A stretch of DNA of 64,000 bases from Callorhinchus milii. Lineage: Eukaryota. Position numbers and translations under genes: made by a program. The stretch spans positions 61,630,001 through 61,694,000 of the forward strand of contig NW_024704743.1 in the NCBI RefSeq assembly GCF_018977255.1, given 5' to 3'. The notes beneath the pieces were generated by a model. It did not search any database. It worked only from the letters and a program-made list of their open reading frames with translations, and had not been told where the DNA came from. Shown piece after piece: positions 1 to 13,740 of the stretch; within the stretch, counting starts at the first letter, position 1, and every line of letters starts with the position of its first letter.

Positions 1-1445
1 AAGCGTGAGCTGATCACGAGCTGACAAAGAGCTGAGATTGTCGGATCTAATTAGACTTAGACAGAGGCTATGCTGGAAAACCCAGAGCTGTGACAGAAGA
101 AAAAAAATCCATTTCAAGAACATCACTGCAACAGAGAACCGGTTCTACACATCTATAGGTACACACACACATCACAACAACAACTACAACAACATTTATA
201 TACAACAACTTGCATTTATATAGAGTGCCTCACGCAGGTTAGCGTCCCAGTGCACATCATAACCATAGATGAAATGAGATTACGGCATTGAACTGTGGGC
301 TGCAATATTCATTCTTGCTTATTGCTGGCAAGTTTCTATTGATGTCTTCTTGCAGGACAATTCCCTCATGCCAATGTGCTGCAATGCAGCACTGACACTA
401 TTGCAGCCACAGATTGTTGACCTTCTTCTTATAGATGCTCCAGAAATAGTAAAGGTCAGTAACGACTGATCGAATGAAAGCAGTTAACCTACATTGCTGC
501 TGTCTGCAGCAGCCTTGGTGTGTGGCACTCGAGCCGATCTGATCAAAACCTCAGTATTTCTTGGTCCAGGTTTATCCTTTCGATCTCAAAATGCACAGCT
601 CACTCTTTTGCCCTGAGTTTCTGATCTAGAAGAATTCAATTTCCCAGAAACTTTTATTTACATCACAATGCATTTGTCAATAACGTTATGGGTCAATTTA
701 AAAATGCAAATCATTTCTTGGATGTCATTGCAACTTTCAGCAAAGGTAAGTCCGTAGATTTTGTTCTCCTCCGGGGAAAATTTTCAGGAGATTAGCTACC
801 TGTACTCATGTTTAATTATCTGCCGAGATGTATATTAAAGCATTGATGTAGCTCTCACAAACTCTAACCATCATTAAACAACAATGGTGCTTCTACATAA
901 GGTTTGGTTGCTAGTATACACAAAAAAATGTAAGTTTAGCAGAATGTATCTCTAAGTGTTGAGGGAAAATAGATTGAGTTTGATAAAGGTGAAGGCAACA
1001 GCCAATTTGCACCCAGCAGTGTCCCACAAAACAATCATGAAATGAAGGACCAATTTTATCTGGCGGATTTTTGACCAAGACACTGGGAGAAAATTCCTTT
1101 GAAACATATATTTCTATTGATTCTTTAAAAAAGAGGAGGAAATTGCTGTCAGTTCATACAAATCAACAAGAGTCTTGAAAACAAATTCTCATATTGAAGC
1201 ACAGTCCACAAATGCTCCCAAAGAAAGATTATAGGATATGGGAAACGAGCAGAAGAGAAGGATTTGACAAGATGTTTCATGTGGAGAAAATCATCAATGG
1301 AGATTTGATGGGGCTGAATGACTTGCTTATGTGCTGTAATGCTCTATGGGGTACAATTTCCATTCAATATTATATGCATTGCTTTTAGTGGATTTTCTGT
1401 TATTTTGGAATAAAATGTAAAATGTAAACCTGTCCACGTGACTCA

Positions 1446-2050
1446 CAATAAAATACAAAATTGCATTTGTAAAGCGCCTTTCACATCGGGAGGATGTCCC
1501 AAGGCGCTGAATAGTCAAGGATTTGGACCCGGCTGGGTGTCGGTATCGGGGAAGGTGGAGGGTAGGGGGGGAAGGAAGGTGACTACAGGCATGGTTAGAG
1601 GAGGGTTTTGAGACAGATCTTGAAGGAGGCAAGGGAGGGGACGAGGTGAAGGGGCTGCGGGATGGAGTTCCAGAGGGTGGGGCAGAGAGGCTGAAGGCCT
1701 GCCCGACAATGGTGGGGCGAGCAAGGTGGGGGACGTAAAGCAGGCCGGAGCCCGCTGAGCGGGGGGAGCAGACAGGTTGGTAGGGGCTTAAGAGATCACA
1801 GAAGTAGGGAGGAGCAAGACCGTGGAAGGCTTTGAAGGTAAGGACCAGGATCTTGAACTGCATTCTCTGAGTGATGGGGAGCCAGTGGAGCCGGGCGAGG
1901 ATGGACGTGACAGGGTCGCAGAACTGGTGTCAGAGAGGACACGAGCTGCAGAGTTCTGGATGATCTGCAGCCTGTGGTCGGAGGAGTTGGGGAGGCTGAC
2001 AAGCAGGGAGTTTGTGTAGTAGAGCCTGGATGTGATGAATACGTGGATGA
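1446..2050 (-). mobile_element. L2 LINE 3' fragment (ORF2 C-terminus + 3' UTR), frameshifted
   Basis: Minus-strand ORFs give L2 C-terminal motifs (FITSRLYYTNSLL..., LQIIQNSAARVL, FKILVLTFKAFHGLAPPY). Ends in the L2 tail GTGAAAGGCGCTTTACAAATGCAATTTTGT. Confidence 0.9.
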
Positions 2051-2064
2051 TCCCATTTCGCCTG

Positions 2065-2168
2065 TAAAATACACAGTATATTCGGTGAAGCGCTTTGAGA
2101 CGTCTCAATGATGTGATAAAGCACTATATCAAATGCACAAGTTATTATAATTATTATTATTATTATTC
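2065..2168 (+). mobile_element. SINE 3' tail fragment (L2-type tail)
   Basis: GTGAAGCGCTTTGAGACGTCTC...GCACTATATCAAATGCA...(TTA)n. Dozens of similar solo tails occur across the window (e.g. ~4470-4580, 7650-7755, 24205-24310, 30775-30880, 33740-33910, 39500-39618, 41235-41325, 51595-51692). Confidence 0.8.
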
Positions 2169-4610
2169 CAAAAAGCCTATTGGAGTGAATTCCCAGATCA
2201 GAGGTTGGTTGTTTCTATACAGGTTTTTATAATTCTCTCAGTTTATTCAGGGAGGTGGGAATGAATGAACAGCTTGCTTTGAGAGCCGGTGCACACTTGA
2301 AGGGCCAAATGGCCTCCTTCTGCCCTGTAAATTTCTATGATTCTAGGTGTTTTGGATTGACAATTACAGTGTTGAATCTACACTGAATTCAATGTGAAAA
2401 TAAATGGAGGCCATAATATGTTTAAAGATTGACTCAATGCTTCTTTTCAGTAGTCCTACAATATTTCAGCCAAGGCATTAATGAACCGGTGTACTTGATT
2501 TCATTGTCTGGAACTCCGACACTCCCAGCCACATAAATGTGATGATTAGGGATAAGAGAATAAGAGCCTCATATTGAATTGATCTATTTTATAAATAGCT
2601 TAGCCTTGTCAGAGACATCAAGGGAGAGGTAATCAATGCATCCTGTGAAGACAGCAGTGAGGGTACAGATCAAGGCTGGTGACTTCCTGTGCTTTCTCTT
2701 ACGCACACGCATACACCCCAACAGAGCTGTAAAAATGGCATTACACTACTTACTGAACGAACTACGTGAAGCTTCTCTTGCAAGTTGGCATTGGTAAAAC
2801 TCCTTTGATGTGCAGATTTCCTTTTTTGAGAGTTTTCAACAGAGACTTATTTACACTAACATAAAAGGGTGCCAGTTCTTCAAAGCAAGACTGTTCAGCT
2901 GCATGGAACAGATTTAGCACACAGGAAAAAAGCTTGAGGCACAGTCCTCAATTATCCCCCAGTTTTGGTAGTCAAACAAAACAGCCTTCTGCACTGGATT
3001 TAATTGCAGATTAGACTTTGCACTATGAAAAGCAGGCTTCAGTCATTTGAAAGAGCTTTGCAATAATTTTCTAAAGAGGATGTCATCGTCTGACCAGTGC
3101 TTGATTGCCTTCCCACCTCAGCTTAACCCAGGGGAAAACTGGTAGTTGTTAGACGCTAGGCAGGACAATTCAATTTCACGGCCAGCTCTATGCCACTGTA
3201 TGTGACCTCAGCCTCTGGTCAAGCAGAAAAGGGTTTGGGTTTGAAGTAGACTCGCCTTCATTGGTGTGAATAATGGACTGGTATTTATTTTGTCGTCATG
3301 ACTTTCTATGCAGTCATGACCTTCTGTGCAAATTAATGCTCTAATTTGTTAAATTACATCAAATTAGAGCATTAATTGTTGTGGATTTTTTAAAAACAGG
3401 TGTGCCAAGCACTGTGTGACATTGATAAGCATATCTGCGATTTATATGCTGCTAGTAGATTGTAGCTATGGTATAATAGTAATCCTTGCATTTGGTACAG
3501 AATTCTTATTATGTCAGAAGGGCATCTCAAAGGACTTCACAGGAATTTACCGTGAAATGAAGTGACTGTGTGTTTGTAGGCAAATGCGACAGCACAGCTG
3601 TGCACAGCAAAATCCCACAAACATCCATGAAATGAGATATCAATTTTATTTGGCGGATTGTTGGCCACGATATTGGGATAAATTCCCTTCTCTTTGCGAA
3701 TAATAGGATGGTGTCTCAATACACTTCACAGAATTTACTGTGAATTGAATTGTGATGTTGATGTGTCTGTGTATTTTGTAGGCAAACACGGTAGCCAATT
3801 TGCGCACACCAATGTCTCACAAACAGCCATGAAGTGAAAGACCAATTTTATCTGGAAGATGGTTGGCCAAGACACTGAGAGAAAATACCATTGAACACAT
3901 ATTTCTATTGATTTATTAAACTCAACTCTGACACGGCGCAATAAAAAGGGGTTAATAAGGATGCAGGACGAAGCGTTAATGACCAATTATACTATAGATT
4001 CTGTGTCCATTTTACACTGTGCTGAGTGCCATGAATGTCACCTGATTTATTGGAAGCAATGTGACCCATCTCATTGTGACCTCTCATTGCCTCAGCTTAT
4101 CAACGGTTGAGGGAAGAAAACTTTTATTAGACTTAAAAAAATAAAATTTTAAAACAAAAAAGCTAGTTTTTTTTTCCAGCCACAGGATTTTAAGATTCAA
4201 TGTTAGGAAAACTGATGCATCTTTTCAAACTTTAAACATTTCGCCGGCATTCACACGAATAACCGCACCCAAATGCCCATTTGACACCATTCCCTTTCAT
4301 TTTTGATCTATTTTATTTCGTATATATGCTAAACTTTAGGATTTTTATGTTATGTGAAAGCCTATATATAAATGCAAATTATTATTCTTTATTATTGTGT
4401 ACTTTTCCTGATGTGTAATCAAAGTGATTTCTAAAGATGGATGTATGTGTCTAAATGCTATTTTCACAAACAAAATACATAATCAATTCACTTTACAGTA
4501 CAGTATATTCAGTGAAGTGCTTTGAGACATCTCGAAGATGTGATAGAGTGCTATATCAAATGCAAGGATTATTATTATTATAAATGTTTGGATATCCCAT
4601 TTACTGATTT

Positions 4611-5031
4611 CAGCCTAGCTCAGGTGTTAGCACTCTTGCTTCTGAGTTACAGGCTTAAGGATTCAAGCTCCACATTGGCATTTGGAATTTATATAGGCTA
4701 ACACTCCAATGCCATGCTGCAGGTGTGCTGCATTGTTTGGGATGCCACCCTTATTTGTTGTTATGTTAAACCGTGGTCCCGTCTGCCTGTTCCGGTGGTT
4801 GTTAAACATCCTATGATACGATTCAAGAAAGAGAAGGGAGATTCTCCCAATGCTCTGACCAGTGATCCTCTGTATAAAAATTGGTCATTCATTTCATGGG
4901 ACATGCTATGCACATCTTGGCTGCCACATTTACCTCCGAAAATACAGTCATTAAACTTTACAGAAATCCTGTGAAGTACTTTGAATACCTTCCTGGTATC
5001 AAAGGCATTATATCATATACACAGATTATTA
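4611..5031 (+). mobile_element. Old Deu-domain SINE (SacSINE1/AmnSINE1-like)
   Basis: tRNA-like head CAGCCTAGCTCAG...GGATTCAAGC, Deu-like core TTAAACCGTGGTCCCGTCTGCCTGTTCCGGTGG...TTAAACATCCTATG, and a decayed L2-type tail. Confidence 0.75.
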
Positions 5032-5621
5032 TTCATATATATATATAAATGTCATGCACCAGTCATGTCGTGCGAATCAACTCGATGCATTATCTTGTAA
5101 CCAGGATTTATAGCCATCAATCAAACAATATCATAAATCAATGTATTCCAATCAGTCAATGGTAAATCACAACTAATGATTTATTCGTTTTTTAAAAGAA
5201 ATTAGGTTCATAGGGCCACTATTCCTTTTAGTGTGAAAACCTTTCAGCTGATTTCCTCCTTACTCTCAACTTTCCAGCTGTTCATGTCTCTAACAGAATT
5301 TAAGAAACAATCATTTAAGAAACAATCTTTTAGTATAATGGAAAGATGGTGTGGTCATGTTCTGGAAAGATGAAACAAAATGGGCCAAAGAGTCTTCGTC
5401 ATCCGACCATTTGTGAACAAGGCCAACATGCTTCACATTTCCTCACAACATGAATTTCTTATACTCAAAATCATCCTAGTTGCTTGCCTTTGTTTCCTCT
5501 TCAAGGATAATAATATCCTCCTTATCATTCTACAGAACTGTAGATTGTCTCAGACAAGGACTGATCATCGACGACAAAGCTATATAAATTGTAAAATAAA
5601 AATCTTTAAATATCTTTTTTG

Positions 5622-5742
5622 TTTTGGTCAGCCAGGTGTTTGACACATGCGGAAACACATGGAGTATCCAAACGGGACTGAGAGTTCCACTTTTATATAT
5701 GCTACCTACACACCTGGAAATTTCCCTAAGTCTGGAAGGATA
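5622..5742 (-). repeat. Unclassified dispersed repeat, copy 1 (3' portion)
   Basis: Plus strand TTTTGGTCAGCCAGGTGTTTGACACATGCGGAAAC...GACTGAGAGTTCCAC...GGAAATTTCCCTAAGTCTGGAA, shared with 7 other loci in the window. Confidence 0.75.
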
Positions 5743-8700
5743 CACTGAGATAAAGTAGCCACCCAGCCCTGTGTAATGTAGACAATTAAAAACGAAATTA
5801 GATAATTGTTTTGAAAGTTGTGGGCTGAAATGGGGGATATTGGGCCTGGCTGGATAGGCAGCATTGGTCCTTTCTAGTCCTGTCAGTTCCTATGTTCGGA
5901 TGTGCCTGATCTCAATGATATTCTATAAAGATTTTAATTTTGAACAGCAGAAACCTCTGGCAATCAAAATACTCAAACAAACATGATTCCATAGATACAA
6001 AGCAAAAGGTTTGGTTTCCCCCTCTCAAATTGGCATAGAATGAGGCAAGAATTCTGACCAAAATTTCTTACAGTTGGATGTTTTAATCTCAGCTCTAGTT
6101 AAACACGAGAGTGACTATTCCTTCCTCTTTCAAGGACTAGAGGTATGTAATACTCTGCCTGGAGCATTATGATCATAGGTATCCCTTTTCCCTGTGATCA
6201 ATATGTTTGTAGTTTAGCTGTGTTCCATAGCTTACAGTGGGCATGCTAGCTGGAGCCTTATACCAAGTTCCTTCTCGTTTTTAATGGAAGATTTCAGTTT
6301 TGTTTGGTCACCCTAAACATTTATGTTTTATGTTCTAAATTTTTTATACTTTCTATTTATTATTTATTCTGTTGAGCTGTCATGCAAACTAGCTCTCACA
6401 TGAACTAAACCTGGCTGTCAGATCTATAAGGTATTTGTTGTTTGATGTGTTGTGTGTCTGAACTCTGTAAATATAAATGTATGTAAGTGCAATTTCAATA
6501 AAAATCTGTTTGTACAACAGACTGCACCGTTCAGCTCTTGAGATAATGCCCCTTATACCTGAGTTAAAGATAGCAGAAAGTGCTACAGTACATGTTGAAA
6601 TTCTGACTATAAGCATCCTTTCACTTACACCCTACAGACTGTCCTGCACTGACCATAAGCATTTTCTTAGCAATGACCCTGACATAAACGAACAAGATCT
6701 GTTAACTAACACATCAGCAACCAATGCTATCTAATGACACATGAAATACATAGTCAATCCACTTTATGATATATTCTGTTTGGGATTCTGCTTGGAAAAC
6801 AAGTTAAATCTGTGTTCGCACATCATTTTGAAGAAGTAATCTAGCTAAAAGCACAATATGATCAACTTCTCCTTACAAATTGCTACACACCAGTAAAATT
6901 AGAAAGTAAATTTGAGTGAATATTTCTTTCTTTAATCTCACAATAATAAATGTTCTGTGAAGCAGAAACGTGAAGACTATGGACTGTCTTGCTTTTGGAA
7001 CCTCTATCGTAAAATATCCGTGTCCACTGCTCCCTGATTTTATCACTGAGCCATATACTAAAGCACATTAACATTTTACCCTGTATTGTAATGCCCCAAA
7101 AAAACTACTGGCTAATATACTCTAATATAATGATTACATTTTACTGAAAACCTATGCAGTGTTTTGAGACATTTTCAACATTATAGGACTATATACAAAT
7201 TAAATGATTATTATAATATAATAAAATATCAATATTTCTTAGTGCTTGGCTTATTGATGAAGTTAGAGGGAATTGGATACTGTACCTGACCCTCCCAAAT
7301 CATTTACGTGCTCCTTAGGTTTCCAAATCTGAGCACCAGAGAAGTCAATATCCCCTAACACCGAACAGGTAGAATGGTCATCAGGAGTTTAGAACAGAAA
7401 ATAACATAGCAAAATAAGATTTACATTGAATGCTTCATCTTATTAGTTTCTGTCAGTTCATAAGGGAAGGCTCATATATATGTATCCAACCTTTCCTGAT
7501 GTTTTCCATTCATCCACAGTAAGTCTAGTGAACATTTATTTTTATTTTGCAACTAATATGTTTGATACATACACCATAATTAAAATGTATTTATTTATAC
7601 CAAATAGAAAGAACATTGCAGACGATACTAAACCTACAAATTACTTTTTGCCCACAAAATACACAGTCAATTCACTTCACAGTATATTCTGTGAAGCACT
7701 TTGTGATGTCTTGAAGACGTGATAAGGCGCTATATCAAATGCAAGGATTATTTATAAAACAATAGCCAGACCCAGCACCATAGGAATAGGAATATAGAAT
7801 ATAAGCGTAAAAGCATACACTATCTTACTTGTATGTTATCCCATCAGATCTTTTCATGGATAAATATTGTATACAACAGGTCCCTGATATGTATTTCTAA
7901 AACTCATACAGTTATAAAACTGTGGACATAAAAGACCTACTCCTCGGAGACTCCATTTCTTAATCTAAACAAATTAATTCACATTAAAAAATAATGAAGC
8001 ATATTACATAAGTATTACAAACGGAATACTTGATAAAGGCTTATTAAAGGCTTGTACACATGAGAATATGGCTCACTCATACATTATGTCTTTCTATTTA
8101 GCTGTAAAGGTCCTACCATGTTGAAATAAACTAGAAATGACACACAGAAGATCCTTAAAGGAGGATCAGGAAACCAAACGTTAGTGCATTGTCAAATTAC
8201 ATTGATTATTGATTCATTCACTGCACAATTATTTATTTGGCTTCAAGCAAAATACGTTCAGGACAGCATTAACTTTAGTGAGTTACATTTGCACTGATGG
8301 CTGCACTGTTTAAACAAGGAAAAAGTAATTCAATGACTGGCATAGCACTTAGTGAATGAAGAGGATGCATTCGATAGAAATTGCAGCAAATTTAAAAAAT
8401 GAATCATTAATGATTAATAAGGTCAATCCTGAGAGATTCAAACTAAGCACGATACGCTGTCTTTCTGAGAGCCTCTGCTTGATGAGAGGTGGCTGGTGTA
8501 AAAGCGAACACTATAATTGCAAAGGATGTATCCAGCTTTCATTTAGATGGAATTGTATTAAAAGGGCATTATCATCATGGAAAAATGTTCTGCAACCCTT
8601 TCATTGTTGTTTTCAAAACATACGTGAAGTGGTGACTCAATTCATGTTAAACACATCATTATATGGTGAAAAGGCCACTGCATTCCTTCCATGTGGTATG

Positions 8701-11700
8701 GCTTGCTTTTATGTCCCCCAGCCAGAGGTGTATAGATTTCTAGTTGTTTTGTTAGGGCAGTCTAGGAGCAAGAGACATGAGTGAGGCTTTCTCTCTCTCT
8801 CTCTCTGCCTGTTTCTTTCAGTTGCCGAGTTTTGAATCTAGATTTCCAGATGAACAAACACAAATTCAGGTTTCCCTTTCCAACCCATAGCATTCTGCTA
8901 AATCCAAAATATTTACATCCTCCCGACGTGAAAGACGCTATATAGATGCAATTCTTATATGGTACATTTTACCTAGACGAAAAGTCTCCCAGTATTATAA
9001 TGAATGAGAGCAATTAGAAATGAAGTGAATGTTGTAACCAAGGTAAATGTGTAAGGCATGAAGCCTCTCCACCAGCATGAGATCAATTGAGCCCAAAGGC
9101 CATCTTCATCCAAACCAATCTTGTGATCTTAGACCCTAGAGGGACCATTGCCTAGAAAGTAGGCTCAAGGGGAGAACATTGTGTTGTTTGCCTTCTACCC
9201 CTGAATTTATTTCAATTTTCTGTTTAGTTCTTCTATAAGTCCAGTGAAATTCAAGTACAGTTGCCCTTCTTTTCCTCAAAACATAATACTCACATTCAAA
9301 GATTTGTAAGATCATTGAGGTGGTCAGTCATTCTCATATACAGCAGCAGTTGTGATGTGACAATGAAAGACTAACTCATTCCAAGCTATTTCTATAAACT
9401 AAATTACTGGATTTTTTAAAGAAACATGTAAATTGACTAAATATTTTATTCGATATTGTGTTTAAAAAGAGTACAACAACAACAACAAGATTCTGTTGAA
9501 GTGCCAAAGCAGTGTGCTGCAAACCTTCCCTGAAGAAACTTAAAAGAAATTTAAAGAGTTCTGGATTTTACATTGAATATATAGTGTGGTATGGTGAAAC
9601 TAACCGCTGATATTATCCTGAGCTAACAGCTGGAAAAGGATATTTAATGCAGAGGAAAACAGAGGGAGAAAAATTCCTCCTTAAGACAAGACAATTGCGG
9701 CTCATATCAACATTTGTTCTTTCTCATACTCTCATGTTTCTAAACTCTATCCTTTTTGGCTGAGATTGAAAATCTAGTGATGAATTAACAACAGTTTGTG
9801 TTGTTACCACCCTTCACCCTTCTCCCATAAATCTAAGAATACTTCACATAGGATCCAACGTGCAAGCAAACTTTTCTCCCATTAGTCTGGGTTCCACAAG
9901 TGAAAGGCCAGAGGCACCAACCATTCTCCTAGAAACCATGGCTTTTCTCCACAGCAAAAATAGTACTGACCCAGAGAATATGATACATGTGGTTGTGTGC
10001 GAGTGAGTTTCAAGGTTCCAGTGTAAAAGGATGTTGAGATAAGATAACAAACCAAGAGAGCAAGTTCCAAGTGATATTTTTAACCAGTGTGACCCTTGAG
10101 ATTACATTCCAACCTCAAACTTACTTGCTGGAGTCTTTGCTGTTATACTACATGGACTTCTGTTGGCACTATGCCAGCAATGGGTCATGCTTCAGAAAGG
10201 GGATTTAATGTACTGGGACATCAACAAATAATATATGAATAATGGTTGATCTTTTGCAGATGCATTACCACGTTATTCTGTGGGTCAATAAAGTGACAAG
10301 TAGTAGAAATATCAGCCACATGTGTTTTATCAGATTTCGACTGCCTGAACACTTGATAAAAACAATTGGAATCTACAATATTCCTTTTATAGTAATTTAT
10401 CCCTGCAATCTACTTTCTTTCTTCGTCTTGATCTAGTGATCTTTCTTTAAGGCCAGATATTTAACAAACTGCACATAACTGGCTTTCCTTCTTAAACTTC
10501 ACCCGTTTCTCAAAACACTGCGACCTGAAACAGAGCTTAATCTTCAACGCTGAAGGTTAATCTTCTGTGTTCTCATAAGGCCATTCACAACAGACTGTTA
10601 TCACTGGCCTTGGTTAGAGGGCCAATCATTACCCCAGGACCTGAGCAACACAATAGCGTAGCGACCTGAAGACCTTGATCCACATGTTTCATTGTTTTGC
10701 TGAAATTTCTAGCATGCTAGGTTACCAGGGATAGACAGAACGGGGAAATGACAAAATGTCTAACTTTACCAGCACCAGGGCCTCTATCACAGCTATTGGC
10801 CTCTATCCCACTCAGCTTATGCTAATACAATGGCAGATCTGCCAAATATTACTGATGAAAAGAGGCCCCTAAAGAGATAAAGAGATGATGCATGAAGCAT
10901 CATGCAAAATAGAAGGTGCAACCTGACCAGATCACAACATGCTATTATAGGGGCTTCACCTCCCCAGGTGACACTCGCCTGAAATAGTTCAGCTCAAACA
11001 ATAAGCAAAGGATAATTCTAAAAACAATGATTTACACTTGTATAGTACTCCCACGTACAGAGAACATCTCAAAGTGTCTTACAAAGATAGTAGGGAAGCC
11101 CATGCAAGGAGGCAGATGGAGGAAGGGAGAAGTGGTCAAAGGCATAGTCAAACAGATGGGTTTTAACAGATTTTCCATCAAAGATCATCAGAAGACTCAA
11201 GGAATGAAGCTATTACTGTGAATATGTAAAAGACCATTATTACTCAAGAGAGCCATGGATGAGTGATCAATTGGCCCCAAGATATTTCTAGTGCAACTTT
11301 TATTTGACTTCATGATGTTATTGGAATGTGCATGGAAACAAAACATAATGGCCCTTTTCTCCTCAGAAGAGCAGTAGCCAGTTGTTACCTTTTTAAAGTT
11401 TCTATTAATCCAGCAAGGGTCATAATAAAAAATGATGTCCCCTGTATGCATTTGAGATTATTCAAAGGCAGAGGGGATCCTCACTGTTATGGTCTTTCAA
11501 AGCACAGGCACAATGTGACTTCCTGCAGAACTGGACTCAGACACCCCTTGTGCTCAGAGTCCCTACCATGCTTGGTATGTGGAGCCAGAACCTTTGGATC
11601 ACCTGATTACTGGCCATTCCAGGAGCACTCCTGGGATGGTGGGTCTTTTTATAACTGTCATCTGTGAATCAAGCCATGCTGTCAGACATTTAGTCAATGA

Positions 11701-12719
11701 CATGGCTACTTGGTTTTGTATTGTTTGTGGATAATTAGAGGCAACTAGAGTCTCCTCTTGCGCTGATATTCAGCTTTGCAAAGCTTTGTGAATGCCATTT
11801 GCATACAAATCTGGACTGGCACAGTCCCAAACCAATCAAGTAAGTCACTTGCCACAAATCAAACCCGAAAACATTTAAATATTGCAACAATTTGTGAACA
11901 GGGCCTGATAAGTTCAGTGAGCTGATCTCTGGTCTATCTCAGTCTGTAAACAAAGCAACAGGATACAAGGGCACACATTCAGAGTTGTGAATGCCAATCG
12001 TAGGACAGGTACCAGGAAGTATTTATTTGCACACAGGATAATTAACGCCTGCAATGGGTTGCCAAAAAGGGAGATTGAAAATCAGGAGATTAGGTGCTTT
12101 TTAGAAAGAGCTTGATGCTGCAATGAGAAGGTGCTTGGGTTTATATTCTGGAAGGTTGCCATTCAACGGCCTGAAAGGCCTTCTTCATCTGAACTTCTTT
12201 TGTGATAAATAACAGGATTGCAATACTGTACAAGAATAATGTAACACTGAAACTTAAAATACTGCACCCAGCAACAATATTGATCAATTTCCATACTTTA
12301 AGAACACGGCCTCATTTGGGAACATTTAAGAAAATACTGTATACAGCACAATTTCTAGAAGAGGTAAATAGGGTTTTATATTCATCGGAGGATCCAGCGA
12401 TGTGAAGATGAAGAACTTTTGCGTATTGTTTAACTTGCATTTAAATTTAAAATGAACGTCATTTGAGCTCTTAATTTGAAGCTCTTAAAAAAAACAGCTT
12501 CCAAATTAGGACTGAATTTAGGAATTTATCACAATCCTGCGTGATCCTAAATTAATTTTAGGTCAAATTTCTCTTACAGACTAAGACTAGATGGAATTTC
12601 AGACCTCAGGTCTTTTTTTTTCAGCTTCCTTCAGCTGACGGTGAATCTAATGGATGTTCCCAATGTTTTTCGATCTGATAACAATAAAGGAATAAGTTGT
12701 TATTGTGTCTTCATTTTGA

Positions 12720-12815
12720 TTTTCTACCCTCCTCTCCTGAAGGCAGGGATTTATGTTACAATATAGTTCCGTGGGCACATGTACATTCCCCAGTTCCTCA
12801 AACAACCATCTCTGG
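12720..12815 (-). mobile_element. AmnSINE2-like 3' end fragment
   Basis: Minus strand ...GCCCACGGAAC...GCCTTCAGGAGAGGAGGGTAGAAA resembles the recalled AmnSINE2 3' terminus. Confidence 0.4.
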
Positions 12816-13349
12816 TTTCATCCTGGTGAATATCCACAATACCTTTGTATATAATAGTGTCTAAAACTGGGCACTAACTTTGGCCTAACCAATGCCTTAT
12901 ACAAATTTAACAGTGCCATCTTACTATCATACTTCCTACTCAGTGTATTATACATAGAATGTAATTTGCATATAATAAGAACAGGAACAGGAGGAGAGCA
13001 TTGAGCCCATTGAGAGTGTTTACACAATCACTACTCCTTACAATAAAGTCTGTGAAGTGCTTTCAGAGTTTGTCCTACCGCAAAAAGCGCTATCTCAAAT
13101 GCAAGACTTTTCAAAATTATTAGATCTTGTCAGATGCCATGTCCATGCCTCTTAATATCTTTTCGACCCATGTACCTGCCTAGCTCTGTTAAACATTTCT
13201 ATTGATTCCATCTTCACAGCTATCTGGGCAAAGAATTCTGCATCTTCACAAGCTTCTGAATTCAGCACAAACTATCCTAGTTCTGAAAGTTGCAAAGTGC
13301 TTGAAGGAAATAATCCTCTTTAATATTCGTAACAAATATTCGAAAATTT

Positions 13350-13740
13350 GCTTCATGCAATCTGGATGATGAGGGAGTAACTCTGATTTGCAGGTACTTT
13401 AAAACGTAAATACCTCCATTTAAAGGGATACACATCTCACTATGCTGGAATGAGAGCACAGGGGCATTATTTATGATTATTAAGATTAATCTTCTTTCTC
13501 GACAATTGACCATAATGGCCAATAAGAATTTTGAAGTTCAATATCTCAGGATTACTTGTGTGTAAAATGATGTTGTCCACAGATAGTGATATCTTATGAT
13601 GATTTCCTCCCAAGGGCACACCATTAATCTGAGTTAATGGGTGTAACACAAAAGCAAACAGAAATGGAGAATGCTGACATCCCTGCGTGTCTCATTGTAA
13701 ACTCTATCTTTTACCAGAGATATCATTTGTTTCAACAGGA
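13350..13740 (-). mobile_element. L1/Tx1-like LINE RT fragment, degenerate
   Basis: Minus-strand translation QGCQHSPFLFAFVLHPL...HKISLSVDNIILHTSNP...KINLN...LKYLQI resembles the L1 RT motifs RQGCPLSPLLF..EPL, HKISLYADD, GYKIN and FKYLGI. Confidence 0.8.
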
